A stretch of 64,000 bases of DNA. Origin: a virus. The position numbers were made by a program, and so were the translations under genes. Below are positions 9,723 through 17,128 of the stretch, piece after piece. The number at the start of each line of letters is the position of its first letter. Position 1 is the first letter of the stretch. The stretch is from the IMG/VR virus record IMGVR_UViG_3300009159_000033; one strand, given 5' to 3'. The notes beneath the pieces were generated by a model. The model made no database searches. It saw only the letters and a program-made list of their open reading frames with translations, and was not told the origin of the DNA.

Positions 9723-10025
9723 TCTCATGTCCTAAGCAAGACGTTAAAAGGCTTTTAAAGGTAGGGGAAAGAGTTCACTTCAAGTTATCGGCCTGCCTAC
9801 TTGGCTTGATAATGATGAGGTACTGCCAACCGGCGAAGTGAACTAGTACTAATGGCTGCAAAGTTAGATATGGTAACCCACCAGAGGCAAATGGGAAGTA
9901 GATGAAAATTCTAATCGCCCTCGGCAAGGCGTTAAAAGGTCAGTCTTCATTGTAACCCCCTCACTTGAGCTACAGCAAGTGAGGGTTTTTTATTTGTAGC
10001 AAGTATCGAGCAGGGAGATATCGAG

Positions 10026-10124
10026 ATGGAATTGTTTATTTGGGTAGTTGGTTTGGTTGTGTTCGTAGTGGTTTCAGTTTACTCGGTGGACATGGCCTTA
10101 AGTGGCCTAGGTTCCCATAAGTAA
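10026..10124 (+). CDS. 32 aa membrane peptide (not in ORF track)
   Basis: RBS agggag; MELFIWVVGLVVFVVVSVYSVDMALSGLGSHK translated by hand. Confidence 0.55.
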   Translation: MELFIWVVGLVVFVVVSVYSVDMALSGLGSHK

Positions 10125-10191
10125 TTTTTTCAACCCTCGCTTGCTCGCTACAGCAGGTGAGGGTTTTTATTTGTAGCAGGGAGACTCTATC

Positions 10192-10389
10192 ATGAGTCCT
10201 TATACTTGTCCGTTCTATGGAGAGTTGTCGGAGGAGGAGGCGGAACTTTTACGAGTACCTCACGGTACTCCGGTTAAGCTAGTCAAAGAAATGCGTAAGG
10301 TTAGACGCATAATGCGTCTGGTGCTGCGAGCAGCCTCGGCTGCAATCGTGATGGTAGCGGTGGCAATTGTGGTGGTGGTATTAATTTAA
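10192..10389 (+). CDS. small membrane protein
   Basis: RBS agggag; C-terminal AASAAIVMVAVAIVVVVLI. Confidence 0.6.
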   Translation: MSPYTCPFYGELSEEEAELLRVPHGTPVKLVKEMRKVRRIMRLVLRAASAAIVMVAVAIVVVVLI

Positions 10390-10401
10390 CTTTTCAACCC
10401 C

Positions 10402-10767
10402 TTGTGTGAGGCACAAGCGCAAGGGGGTATTCTAGTGCCATGGAGATTAGCGATGACTCTGACTATGCAGTTTCAAAAGAGCGTTCAGCCGGAGGCGGGG
10501 GTTTATGACGATTCCCAAGGCACCAAGGCAAGACTCTATGCCTTGGCCCAGAAGGCCAAGCGGCTCAAAGGTAGAGGTAAACGATTGCCAAAAGGGTTTC
10601 AGTTGGATGCGTTCGACCCCGAAAAAGTCGGTCTAGATCAGGAAACCTCGGACTTTTACAGTCCCGAGCAGCTGGTAGAACTGTTCGCTCATCCACGGAA
10701 AACCGTGGATTGGGATCAACTAGACGAGCTAAATTCGATTGGTTACTTTTATACAGGAGATGAGTAA
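10402..10767 (+). CDS. hypothetical protein
   Basis: 121 aa ORF whose stop overlaps the csrA start; true start may be downstream. Confidence 0.55.
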   Translation: MCEAQAQGGILVPWRLAMTLTMQFQKSVQPEAGVYDDSQGTKARLYALAQKAKRLKGRGKRLPKGFQLDAFDPEKVGLDQETSDFYSPEQLVELFAHPRKTVDWDQLDELNSIGYFYTGDE

Positions 10768-10955
10768 TGCTAGTTCTAACCAGAAAGCCAGGTGAGATAA
10801 TTGTTCTCGACCTTGATGGTCGAGAGATTAGTGTGCACATCTTGCACACTAGTACAGGCAGAGTTTCCCTTGGGGTTGATGCCCCAAGGGAAGTAAAAGT
10901 GCGGAGAGGTGAACTCTCCGCAAACCCCGCCAAGATGGCGGGGATAGTTGGGTAA
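10767..10955 (+). CDS. csrA: carbon storage regulator CsrA/RsmA family RNA-binding protein
   Basis: MLVLTRKPGEIIVL...V.LGVDAPREVKVRRGEL matches the CsrA consensus. Confidence 0.9.
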   Translation: MLVLTRKPGEIIVLDLDGREISVHILHTSTGRVSLGVDAPREVKVRRGELSANPAKMAGIVG

Positions 10956-11092
10956 TCCCAATGGTCGCAGTATGCGATTTGTTATTGTTGCTTTATTGCA
11001 ATAATAATGAATCTCATACTGCGGCCGTTACCTTCCTATTGCTACAACGCAATGGGAAGGTTTTTTTCTTAGCTATTGGACAAGGAGATGAT

Positions 11093-11290
11093 ATGGAAGC
11101 AGAAAGAGATAACATGTCGGATGTGTACCAAAGCTTTATGCTACAGGTACAGTCCACGCTGGAAGCCAACCTAGCCCCAAAGGCTAAGCTAGATATCATT
11201 GCAGAAGTCGTGGAAGACTTCCAAAAGTTCCGCAAGGCATGTAGGCATGTCAAGCGGGTACTACGAAAACAAAAACCCCTAGATAAGTAA
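11093..11290 (+). CDS. hypothetical protein
   Basis: ATG 11093 after aaggag, within ORF 10961..11290. Confidence 0.55.
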   Translation: MEAERDNMSDVYQSFMLQVQSTLEANLAPKAKLDIIAEVVEDFQKFRKACRHVKRVLRKQKPLDK

Positions 11291-11355
11291 TTTAGCTTTC
11301 TTATTAAGGGGTCGTGTAATAAACTAACCTTAGTTCAAAATGAAAGGAACTAAAC

Positions 11356-11685
11356 ATGGCCGTAAAAGCATTGGTAGTAGAATTGTTAGGAGATGGTAGT
11401 CGAGGCGTAGTTACGATTGAAAGTGACTTGCCTGACTTCGTCATGCAGATTGAAGAGCTTCAGTCTGCCAAAGCAAGGGACTTTGTCTTGCAAGCAACGG
11501 TGAAAGCGGGCATCAAGGGTCTGCCTGGCATTAGCCGGACAGTAGATAGCCCTTATCCTGTAACGGCAGAGGGTGAACCACTGGAAACGCTGAAAGACGA
11601 TAAGGGTGTACCAATTCCTTTGACAGACCCAAGAGCGGTGCCTAAGAGCTACAGAGCTAAGTACGAGGTCACCGCTCGCCAATGA
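11356..11685 (+). CDS. hypothetical protein
   Basis: RBS aaagga; 109 aa. Confidence 0.65.
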   Translation: MAVKALVVELLGDGSRGVVTIESDLPDFVMQIEELQSAKARDFVLQATVKAGIKGLPGISRTVDSPYPVTAEGEPLETLKDDKGVPIPLTDPRAVPKSYRAKYEVTARQ

Positions 11686-12173
11686 GCCAAAACGAAATGA
11701 TCATGCTTGATGAGGCAGCAACAAAGCGTCTCATCAAAGCAGTCGGTACAGATCTAGAGCAGATCTTATGGCTGGCGGACTGGTTGCTGCATCTGAATGT
11801 ATTTTCAGATGCACAAGTCTATGATACATTGAACTTTGTAAAATCTGGAATTGAAGCTTTTGCAGTATCAGTAAAGACTGACACTCCACGAGTTACCACT
11901 GTCTGTGTATGCGATTCCCGCTGGGTTTCCATATCGGGTGCTGCTTCCTTTCTAGATACGCAAACCTCGGAAGTGGTAGAACAATTACCACAAGCAGCGG
12001 TAACGCATATCTTTTGCGACCTAGCTGCACTGCAGCTACGCATGGAACACCGAAAGAGGAAGTTCAATGGTCCACAACCAGCTACTAAAGAATCTGCTCA
12101 AGCAAGCAGCGACAAGCCAACTGAGCAAACCAGTGGCCCCAAAGATGATTCAGCGCACACTGCTGATGTCTGA
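11682..12173 (+). CDS. hypothetical protein
   Basis: ATGA overlap with the previous gene. Confidence 0.6.
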   Translation: MSQNEMIMLDEAATKRLIKAVGTDLEQILWLADWLLHLNVFSDAQVYDTLNFVKSGIEAFAVSVKTDTPRVTTVCVCDSRWVSISGAASFLDTQTSEVVEQLPQAAVTHIFCDLAALQLRMEHRKRKFNGPQPATKESAQASSDKPTEQTSGPKDDSAHTADV

Positions 12174-12846
12174 GGACGCATTTGCTACACCCCTATTCCT
12201 ATTGGTAATGGATAAGTATGGCCCAGAAGCTATGCAATGGGCTCCAGAAACGATACGCATGGAGCTAGAAGCGGATTTCCAATGTGAGCTGCCTTCATTC
12301 TCCCTAGATAAAATCATGGCTGCAATTACAATTGTAACCACAAACTTCTTTTACAAGGATGTAGGTAGGTTCATATCTATCTGCAACATACTCGCAGGGG
12401 ATGACTTCAATCCCGAAGTCTTTGACCCTGCAGATACAGACGAAATGCTTCTCGGAATTACGGAAGCCATGCTTTTATGGCCTCCGGATGAAGACAAGAA
12501 TGATTCAGAATTTTGTGAAGAAATCCGAGAATACATTTCACAAATGTTAAAGGTAGAAGGTATACTTCACCCCTTCGATGTCCTGCGATTGGCGTTACCC
12601 GCCGACCAATCGGTAAATGTGGACGCAGATTACGCCGATGATCCAGAGATGTATTCTGCCATTTACCAAGTACAGCAGGGGAAGACAGACGAGACGCGGG
12701 CTATATATCTGGATAATGTCTCAGCGTTAGCTAAACAATTATCTGCGTTGTCTTTGCAAAATGGCAGCACAGAACCTATGGTTAAACAACTACAGGATAT
12801 TGTACAAAAGGCTGGGCTGGGATCTTCTCAAGGAGAAGCGTTATGA
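12067..12846 (+). CDS. conserved-looking phage hypothetical protein
   Basis: 259 aa ORF, acidic helical; overlaps the upstream ORF. Confidence 0.65.
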   Translation: MVHNQLLKNLLKQAATSQLSKPVAPKMIQRTLLMSEDAFATPLFLLVMDKYGPEAMQWAPETIRMELEADFQCELPSFSLDKIMAAITIVTTNFFYKDVGRFISICNILAGDDFNPEVFDPADTDEMLLGITEAMLLWPPDEDKNDSEFCEEIREYISQMLKVEGILHPFDVLRLALPADQSVNVDADYADDPEMYSAIYQVQQGKTDETRAIYLDNVSALAKQLSALSLQNGSTEPMVKQLQDIVQKAGLGSSQGEAL

Positions 12847-13019
12847 TGACTGTTATTGCGGTGGCGTTAATGTCGGTAACTAGTGCAGGCGAACCTGCAA
12901 AATGTGCTGGAGCTACTTGCTCCGCTGCCCCTAGAAAGGTAGTGACTATTAATAGGACTCGTACCACAACCAAGGGTTGCGGTGCTAAAGTTAGCAGAAA
13001 GAAACGCTGCTGCCGTTAA
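12843..13019 (+). CDS. small secreted Cys/Arg-rich peptide (not in ORF track)
   Basis: RBS aaggag; MMTVIAVALMSVTSAGEPAKCAGATCSAAPRKVVTINRTRTTTKGCGAKVSRKKRCCR, with a signal-peptide-like N-terminus. Confidence 0.6.
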   Translation: MMTVIAVALMSVTSAGEPAKCAGATCSAAPRKVVTINRTRTTTKGCGAKVSRKKRCCR

Positions 13020-13042
13020 GCACTAGCGTTAAATTACAAACC

Positions 13043-13079
13043 AAAGGACTAGCATGAAAGTGCTGGTCCTTTTTCTTTT
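13043..13079 (+). terminator. intrinsic terminator
   Basis: aaaggactagca-tgaaag-tgctggtccttt followed by a T tract. Confidence 0.7.
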
Positions 13080-13092
13080 ATAGGGGAACAAA

Positions 13093-13350
13093 ATGGAACC
13101 AGTAAAGGTCGTAGTGGTGTGGGCATCTACCCAAGAAAACTTGGACAAAGGGTTTGTCCACATAGTGACTGGGCACGAAGGCCCAAGGGTATACGATAAA
13201 GATGTTTTGGATACAAGAATAGAAGAGGACAAAAACATACCATATGCGTTGACTTGGCAGGAAGCTTGGCACTTCATGGATGGAGCTAACATCGGAAACA
13301 AAGTTCAGTTGAACTTAAAAACAGCAAAGCGTATCGGACTATTTAAATAA
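13093..13350 (+). CDS. hypothetical protein
   Basis: 85 aa, RBS agggga. Confidence 0.55.
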   Translation: MEPVKVVVVWASTQENLDKGFVHIVTGHEGPRVYDKDVLDTRIEEDKNIPYALTWQEAWHFMDGANIGNKVQLNLKTAKRIGLFK

Positions 13351-13359
13351 GGAGAAAGA

Positions 13360-13581
13360 ATGATAGTCAATTTATTCTTTAATGAGCGGGGTCGGGCTAG
13401 GTCTAGAGGAGCATATCACCCACTCAGAAAACGCTACCCATTTACCCGCAACGAGAAAATCGTCGTGAAGCTGGCAGCGAGTTTAAAGGACATGACTATG
13501 GGCGACTACATAAGGTCGGTAGTTGTGCCAAAAGCATCGCAAGATGCAAATAAGATCAACGAAATTATTGACACATTATAA
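13360..13581 (+). CDS. putative ribbon-helix-helix DNA-binding protein
   Basis: EKIVVKLAASLKDMTMGDYIRSVV resembles RHH helices; similar to 36424..36624. Confidence 0.4.
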   Translation: MIVNLFFNERGRARSRGAYHPLRKRYPFTRNEKIVVKLAASLKDMTMGDYIRSVVVPKASQDANKINEIIDTL

Positions 13582-13591
13582 AGGAGAAAAT

Positions 13592-14290
13592 ATGTCGCAT
13601 CTCGCAAGCGGGTTCTGCGTTACAGATATTGAGGCACTCGCCTTGACTGTAAAAGAGAAGTGCCCAGAGTTGGAGTTAGTTAAACAAAAGACCTACAGAA
13701 CATGGACCACCGATCATGGTGGTAGGCTTGTGGGGGATTATCCCCTGCCAGGCTTGTATCAACTCAAAATGATGGCAGTATTAAAGCGGCAAGGTGTTGA
13801 TGTACATGCCAAGGCAGAAGTACAAGGAGTTAAGCTCCCAGCTAATCTCGCTGAGTTGGAACTTAAATCTTGGGACCTAGCCCAGCAAAATTTATTGCTG
13901 CAAGACGCAGAGTTCAAAGCTGCATACCAAAAGATATGCAGTGAAACAGTGGGTCAAGATGCCGAATTCGTCATTCGGTACAAGCAGTCCCACAACAACA
14001 CTAAAGCCTACGAGATAGGCTTGATCCCTCACCCGATAAGAAAAGGTGAATACTTGATGATGACGGACTTCTATGCCCAAGGTAATGGGCTGCTTAATGC
14101 TAAAGGCATGGGCCAGCACAAGTACAAAGACGGAAGCTGGGGTGGAGAGCTTAAGCAAGCTTATGCAGGCATGGCAGCAGAAAGAGCCATCGTATCTCAG
14201 ATCAAAGCTGGGAACCCAGAGTATGGCCGGTATGAGAAGACTGTGTTGCCCGATGGCAAGATAAAGATCGAAGTATTCCCAAGGAGTTAA
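13592..14290 (+). CDS. DUF1257 (Ycf35)-like protein with an internal insertion
   Basis: MSH...VTDIEALALT...TYRTW...GDYPLPG...YEIGL...LKQAYA...KTVLPDGKIKIEV pattern; sits next to DUF2997 and an AAA ATPase. Confidence 0.6.
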   Translation: MSHLASGFCVTDIEALALTVKEKCPELELVKQKTYRTWTTDHGGRLVGDYPLPGLYQLKMMAVLKRQGVDVHAKAEVQGVKLPANLAELELKSWDLAQQNLLLQDAEFKAAYQKICSETVGQDAEFVIRYKQSHNNTKAYEIGLIPHPIRKGEYLMMTDFYAQGNGLLNAKGMGQHKYKDGSWGGELKQAYAGMAAERAIVSQIKAGNPEYGRYEKTVLPDGKIKIEVFPRS

Positions 14291-14291
14291 C

Positions 14292-14489
14292 ATGAACAAC
14301 AAGAAGATCGTCATCATGATCGATGACAAAGGTGAAGTGCAAGTAGAAGCCTTCGGGCACAAAGGTGGAAGTTGCACTAAAGCAACAGATCCACTGACCA
14401 AAGCATTAATAGGCGGAGTGATAGAAGATCGGAAAAAACCCGAATTCTATCAGAATGATGTGACAATAAAAGTTCGTGAGTTCGAATAA
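14292..14489 (+). CDS. DUF2997 family protein
   Basis: IVIMIDDKGEVQVEAFGHKGGSCTKAT...KKPEFYQ. Confidence 0.75.
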   Translation: MNNKKIVIMIDDKGEVQVEAFGHKGGSCTKATDPLTKALIGGVIEDRKKPEFYQNDVTIKVREFE

Positions 14490-14503
14490 CTAAAGGAGTC
14501 AGT

Positions 14504-16351
14504 ATGAATATTGTGGAAAAATTGAATGGGTATTTCGCAGCTGGTCAATCCGGGCTAGTACTTACCTCAGTCGAGCCAGAGGAGTGTCTTCGTGAGCTAG
14601 CTGAAGCAGCTAGAGCTTCGCAAGCAACGGAAGACAGACTTGACCTATTGTTCTGGGATGTTGCCGACGGCGTGACGGATGCCCATGGCAACCCCGTCAA
14701 CCTCGGGGCAGCAGATGCGTCACAAGATGACGATATAGCTGCGTTGGGTCTTGGTAGCTCATCTAAGAAGATTGGGCTGCATGACTGCTTTGAGATCGTG
14801 CTAGGTATGATCCGTGGCCGTGCTTACCGAGCAGCTGCGGATGAGACTAGCGCAGATGATAAGCACATGCGTGTACTTGTTGTAAGGAACTTTGACCGAC
14901 ATCTGATGCCACAAGGCCAGCAAGGTGCACTAGACTCTGTGCTACTAGCACAAGCTCAAAAGCTTATCAACGAGGGGCAAGCAACGCAGGTGTTCTTGAT
15001 CATGCAGACTACACCAGAGTTCGAGCTCCCCATGGAGCTCATGGTTCATTGTGAATATGTGGTGCATGAGCTTCCCACAGGAGAAGAGCGTAGCACCATC
15101 ATCACGGACTTAGGAGTGTCCGAGGTCAGTCAAGCGTTGCTTAATGCAACTGCGGGCCTATCTAGGGCCAAGACGGCACAATATGTAGCAGAGACGATGG
15201 CAAACTTTGGGTACCTTAACCCAGCTGCCATCTTCCAGAAGAAGGCTAGCCACTTGTCTAGGGCATCCAAGCTGGATGTCTGGAGTCCAGAGTTTGTTAC
15301 GCAGATCAAGCTGTGGCCAACCCCTAACTGTCTTGAGCTGCAAGATGCTACAGATGTGACAATGATCCAAGAGGAGAGTCATGTCCAGAACAAGCAGTTA
15401 AAGGAAGGGGAAATCCGTGTAAGGGTAAAGTATGTGCAGAATGGTAAGAAGATAGAGAAGTGGCTAGACCCAATGCTATCTAGTTACTTTGAGCACACAT
15501 GCCGACCCGAGCGGGATTTCTTCTCGCTTAAGTCGGTGGTTGGTCTTAATGGTTTGAAGGGTTTTCTAAGGAAAGGTTTTAGACCCGAAGTGCCAGATCG
15601 TGCCCGCATGAAGCATGTCCTTATGTTGGGTGTGCCGGGCACTGGTAAGTCATTTACCATGCAGTGCTGCTCCGGCGAGTTCAACACTCCGCTATCCAGC
15701 ATGCAAGCTTCCAATCTGTATTCCAAGTGGCTGGGCGACACCGACAAGATCCTTGCTAGAATGCTATCCACAGTTGAGATGATCGGTGGCATCCTTGCTA
15801 TCGACGAGTTTCAGCGGTTCTTGCCCCAAGGTGGTGGTGGCGAAAGCGGTGGGGTAGAAAGCCGTCTGTTGGGTACGCTACTCGGTTGGTTTAACAATCA
15901 GCAAAGTAACTTAGTGTTATCGGCGGCTAACAACATCAGCAACCTACCCGACGAGATCACCCGCTCTGGTCGTGTGGATGCTTTGATGTTTGTAGGTTTC
16001 CCAGGCAGAGAAGCCAAGGATGCTGCATGGGCTATGTACATGAAGCGGCATGAGCTAATCGAGCAAGAGAGACCAGAAGACAACTATTGGACTCCAGCCG
16101 ACATCATGTCGTGCTGTCGTCTAGCTGAGTTACAAGGTGTAACCATCAAGTACGCAAGCAGGTGGATAACTCCTTCGTATGAAAAGAATCAGAAACAGAT
16201 GGATGGCCTAATGGAGTGGGCAGAGTCCGCTGGCTGTATCTGCTCCGAAAGTGGAGAACGGTTTAAGCATCCAAAAAGTGCAGGGAAATCCTCTGTGACT
16301 GATGCCCCTAAGAAAGTGACTAGAAAAGTAAAAACTAGTCGAGAACTCTAA
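14504..16351 (+). CDS. AAA+ ATPase, Ycf46-like
   Basis: Walker A GVPGTGKS, Walker B ILAIDE, SRH AANNISNLPDEITRSGRVD; degenerate N-terminal AAA domain. Confidence 0.85.
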   Translation: MNIVEKLNGYFAAGQSGLVLTSVEPEECLRELAEAARASQATEDRLDLLFWDVADGVTDAHGNPVNLGAADASQDDDIAALGLGSSSKKIGLHDCFEIVLGMIRGRAYRAAADETSADDKHMRVLVVRNFDRHLMPQGQQGALDSVLLAQAQKLINEGQATQVFLIMQTTPEFELPMELMVHCEYVVHELPTGEERSTIITDLGVSEVSQALLNATAGLSRAKTAQYVAETMANFGYLNPAAIFQKKASHLSRASKLDVWSPEFVTQIKLWPTPNCLELQDATDVTMIQEESHVQNKQLKEGEIRVRVKYVQNGKKIEKWLDPMLSSYFEHTCRPERDFFSLKSVVGLNGLKGFLRKGFRPEVPDRARMKHVLMLGVPGTGKSFTMQCCSGEFNTPLSSMQASNLYSKWLGDTDKILARMLSTVEMIGGILAIDEFQRFLPQGGGGESGGVESRLLGTLLGWFNNQQSNLVLSAANNISNLPDEITRSGRVDALMFVGFPGREAKDAAWAMYMKRHELIEQERPEDNYWTPADIMSCCRLAELQGVTIKYASRWITPSYEKNQKQMDGLMEWAESAGCICSESGERFKHPKSAGKSSVTDAPKKVTRKVKTSREL

Positions 16352-16358
16352 AAGGAGA

Positions 16359-16586
16359 GTGAAAATGGCACACGATGAAAAGTTATACAAAAAATGCGTA
16401 AGCATTTATGAAGCAGATGGGCAACATGCAGTAATCGAGTACTGCACGAAAATAGGACATAAAAAATGGGGCAAGTGTAAGCCTTGTGATTACGATGAAA
16501 GTCCAATCATGGATGATAACTTTATGACCTGTCTAGTGTGCGGACATTCTACCTATCACGATGGAAAATTTAACAAGGAGAAATAA
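16359..16586 (+). CDS. small Zn-finger-like hypothetical protein
   Basis: CKPC and CLVC pairs. Confidence 0.55.
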   Translation: MKMAHDEKLYKKCVSIYEADGQHAVIEYCTKIGHKKWGKCKPCDYDESPIMDDNFMTCLVCGHSTYHDGKFNKEK

Positions 16587-16587
16587 C

Positions 16588-17112
16588 ATGGGAATGATTA
16601 CAAGAATGCTAATGAAGTTAGTGCCTCAAGAAAAAATCGATAGCCTCATCAAAGAGGTTATCGAAGCTAAGTTCAGCGATGTGTTAATGCAAGATCAAAT
16701 CCAGCTATCCATAAGGGTAGCTGCAGAGGCAGGGATAAATAATTTGGAACTGGAAGAAGCGGTTTCTTCCAAGTGGAGCCTCAAAGATGTGGCAGCTTCG
16801 GTTGCAGATGTGCTTTCTCAAGACAGGGGCCTCTTAATAGATGAGATCGCAGAGAAGTTCCATGCCTCAGACATCGCCAACGAGATCGACACCAGTGATA
16901 TTGCCTACGAAATCGGAGCAGAGTCCGTTGCGGAAAATGTCAACATAGGCGATGTCGCTGGTTCCATTGATCTTGATGCGTTAGCCGACAAGATCATAGA
17001 TAAGAGAATGAAGGAAATAGACATGTCTAAGATTGACTATGAGCAACTAGCCATAGCATTGATGTCCACAATTAAATTACTAGCAACACTCAAAGAAAAA
17101 GTTTCTAAATAA
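16588..17112 (+). CDS. hypothetical protein with short acidic internal repeats
   Basis: ATG 16588 after aaggag; recurring DIAxEI / VAxxV units about every 9 aa. Confidence 0.6.
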   Translation: MGMITRMLMKLVPQEKIDSLIKEVIEAKFSDVLMQDQIQLSIRVAAEAGINNLELEEAVSSKWSLKDVAASVADVLSQDRGLLIDEIAEKFHASDIANEIDTSDIAYEIGAESVAENVNIGDVAGSIDLDALADKIIDKRMKEIDMSKIDYEQLAIALMSTIKLLATLKEKVSK

Positions 17113-17128
17113 TAATAAGGAGAATAGT

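Larger units (their letters stand above)
8485..9941 (+). repeat. motif A family: ~27 nt putative H-type pseudoknot placed just after stop codons
   Basis: Copies at 8485-8511, 8884-8908 (degenerate), 9070-9095, 9429-9456, 9728-9754 and 9916-9941; consensus YGTCCTAAGCAAGACRTTAAAAGGCTT; both stems show compensatory changes. Confidence 0.75.
8528..10177 (+). repeat. motif B family: terminator-like hairpin + U tract whose loop pairs with sequence just 5' of the next RBS
   Basis: Copies at 8528-8579, 9161-9212, 9468-9513, 9958-10000 and 10132-10177; stem CCCTCRYTT...AARYGAGGG then TTTT; loop/downstream pairing covaries (gctact/agtagc vs gctaca/tgtagc). Confidence 0.75.

Noticed and set aside
9772-9844. 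Canonical hammerhead ribozyme
   Set aside because: Core positions C3 and A15.1-U16.1 and the junction length do not fit; reported only as an unknown structured RNA.
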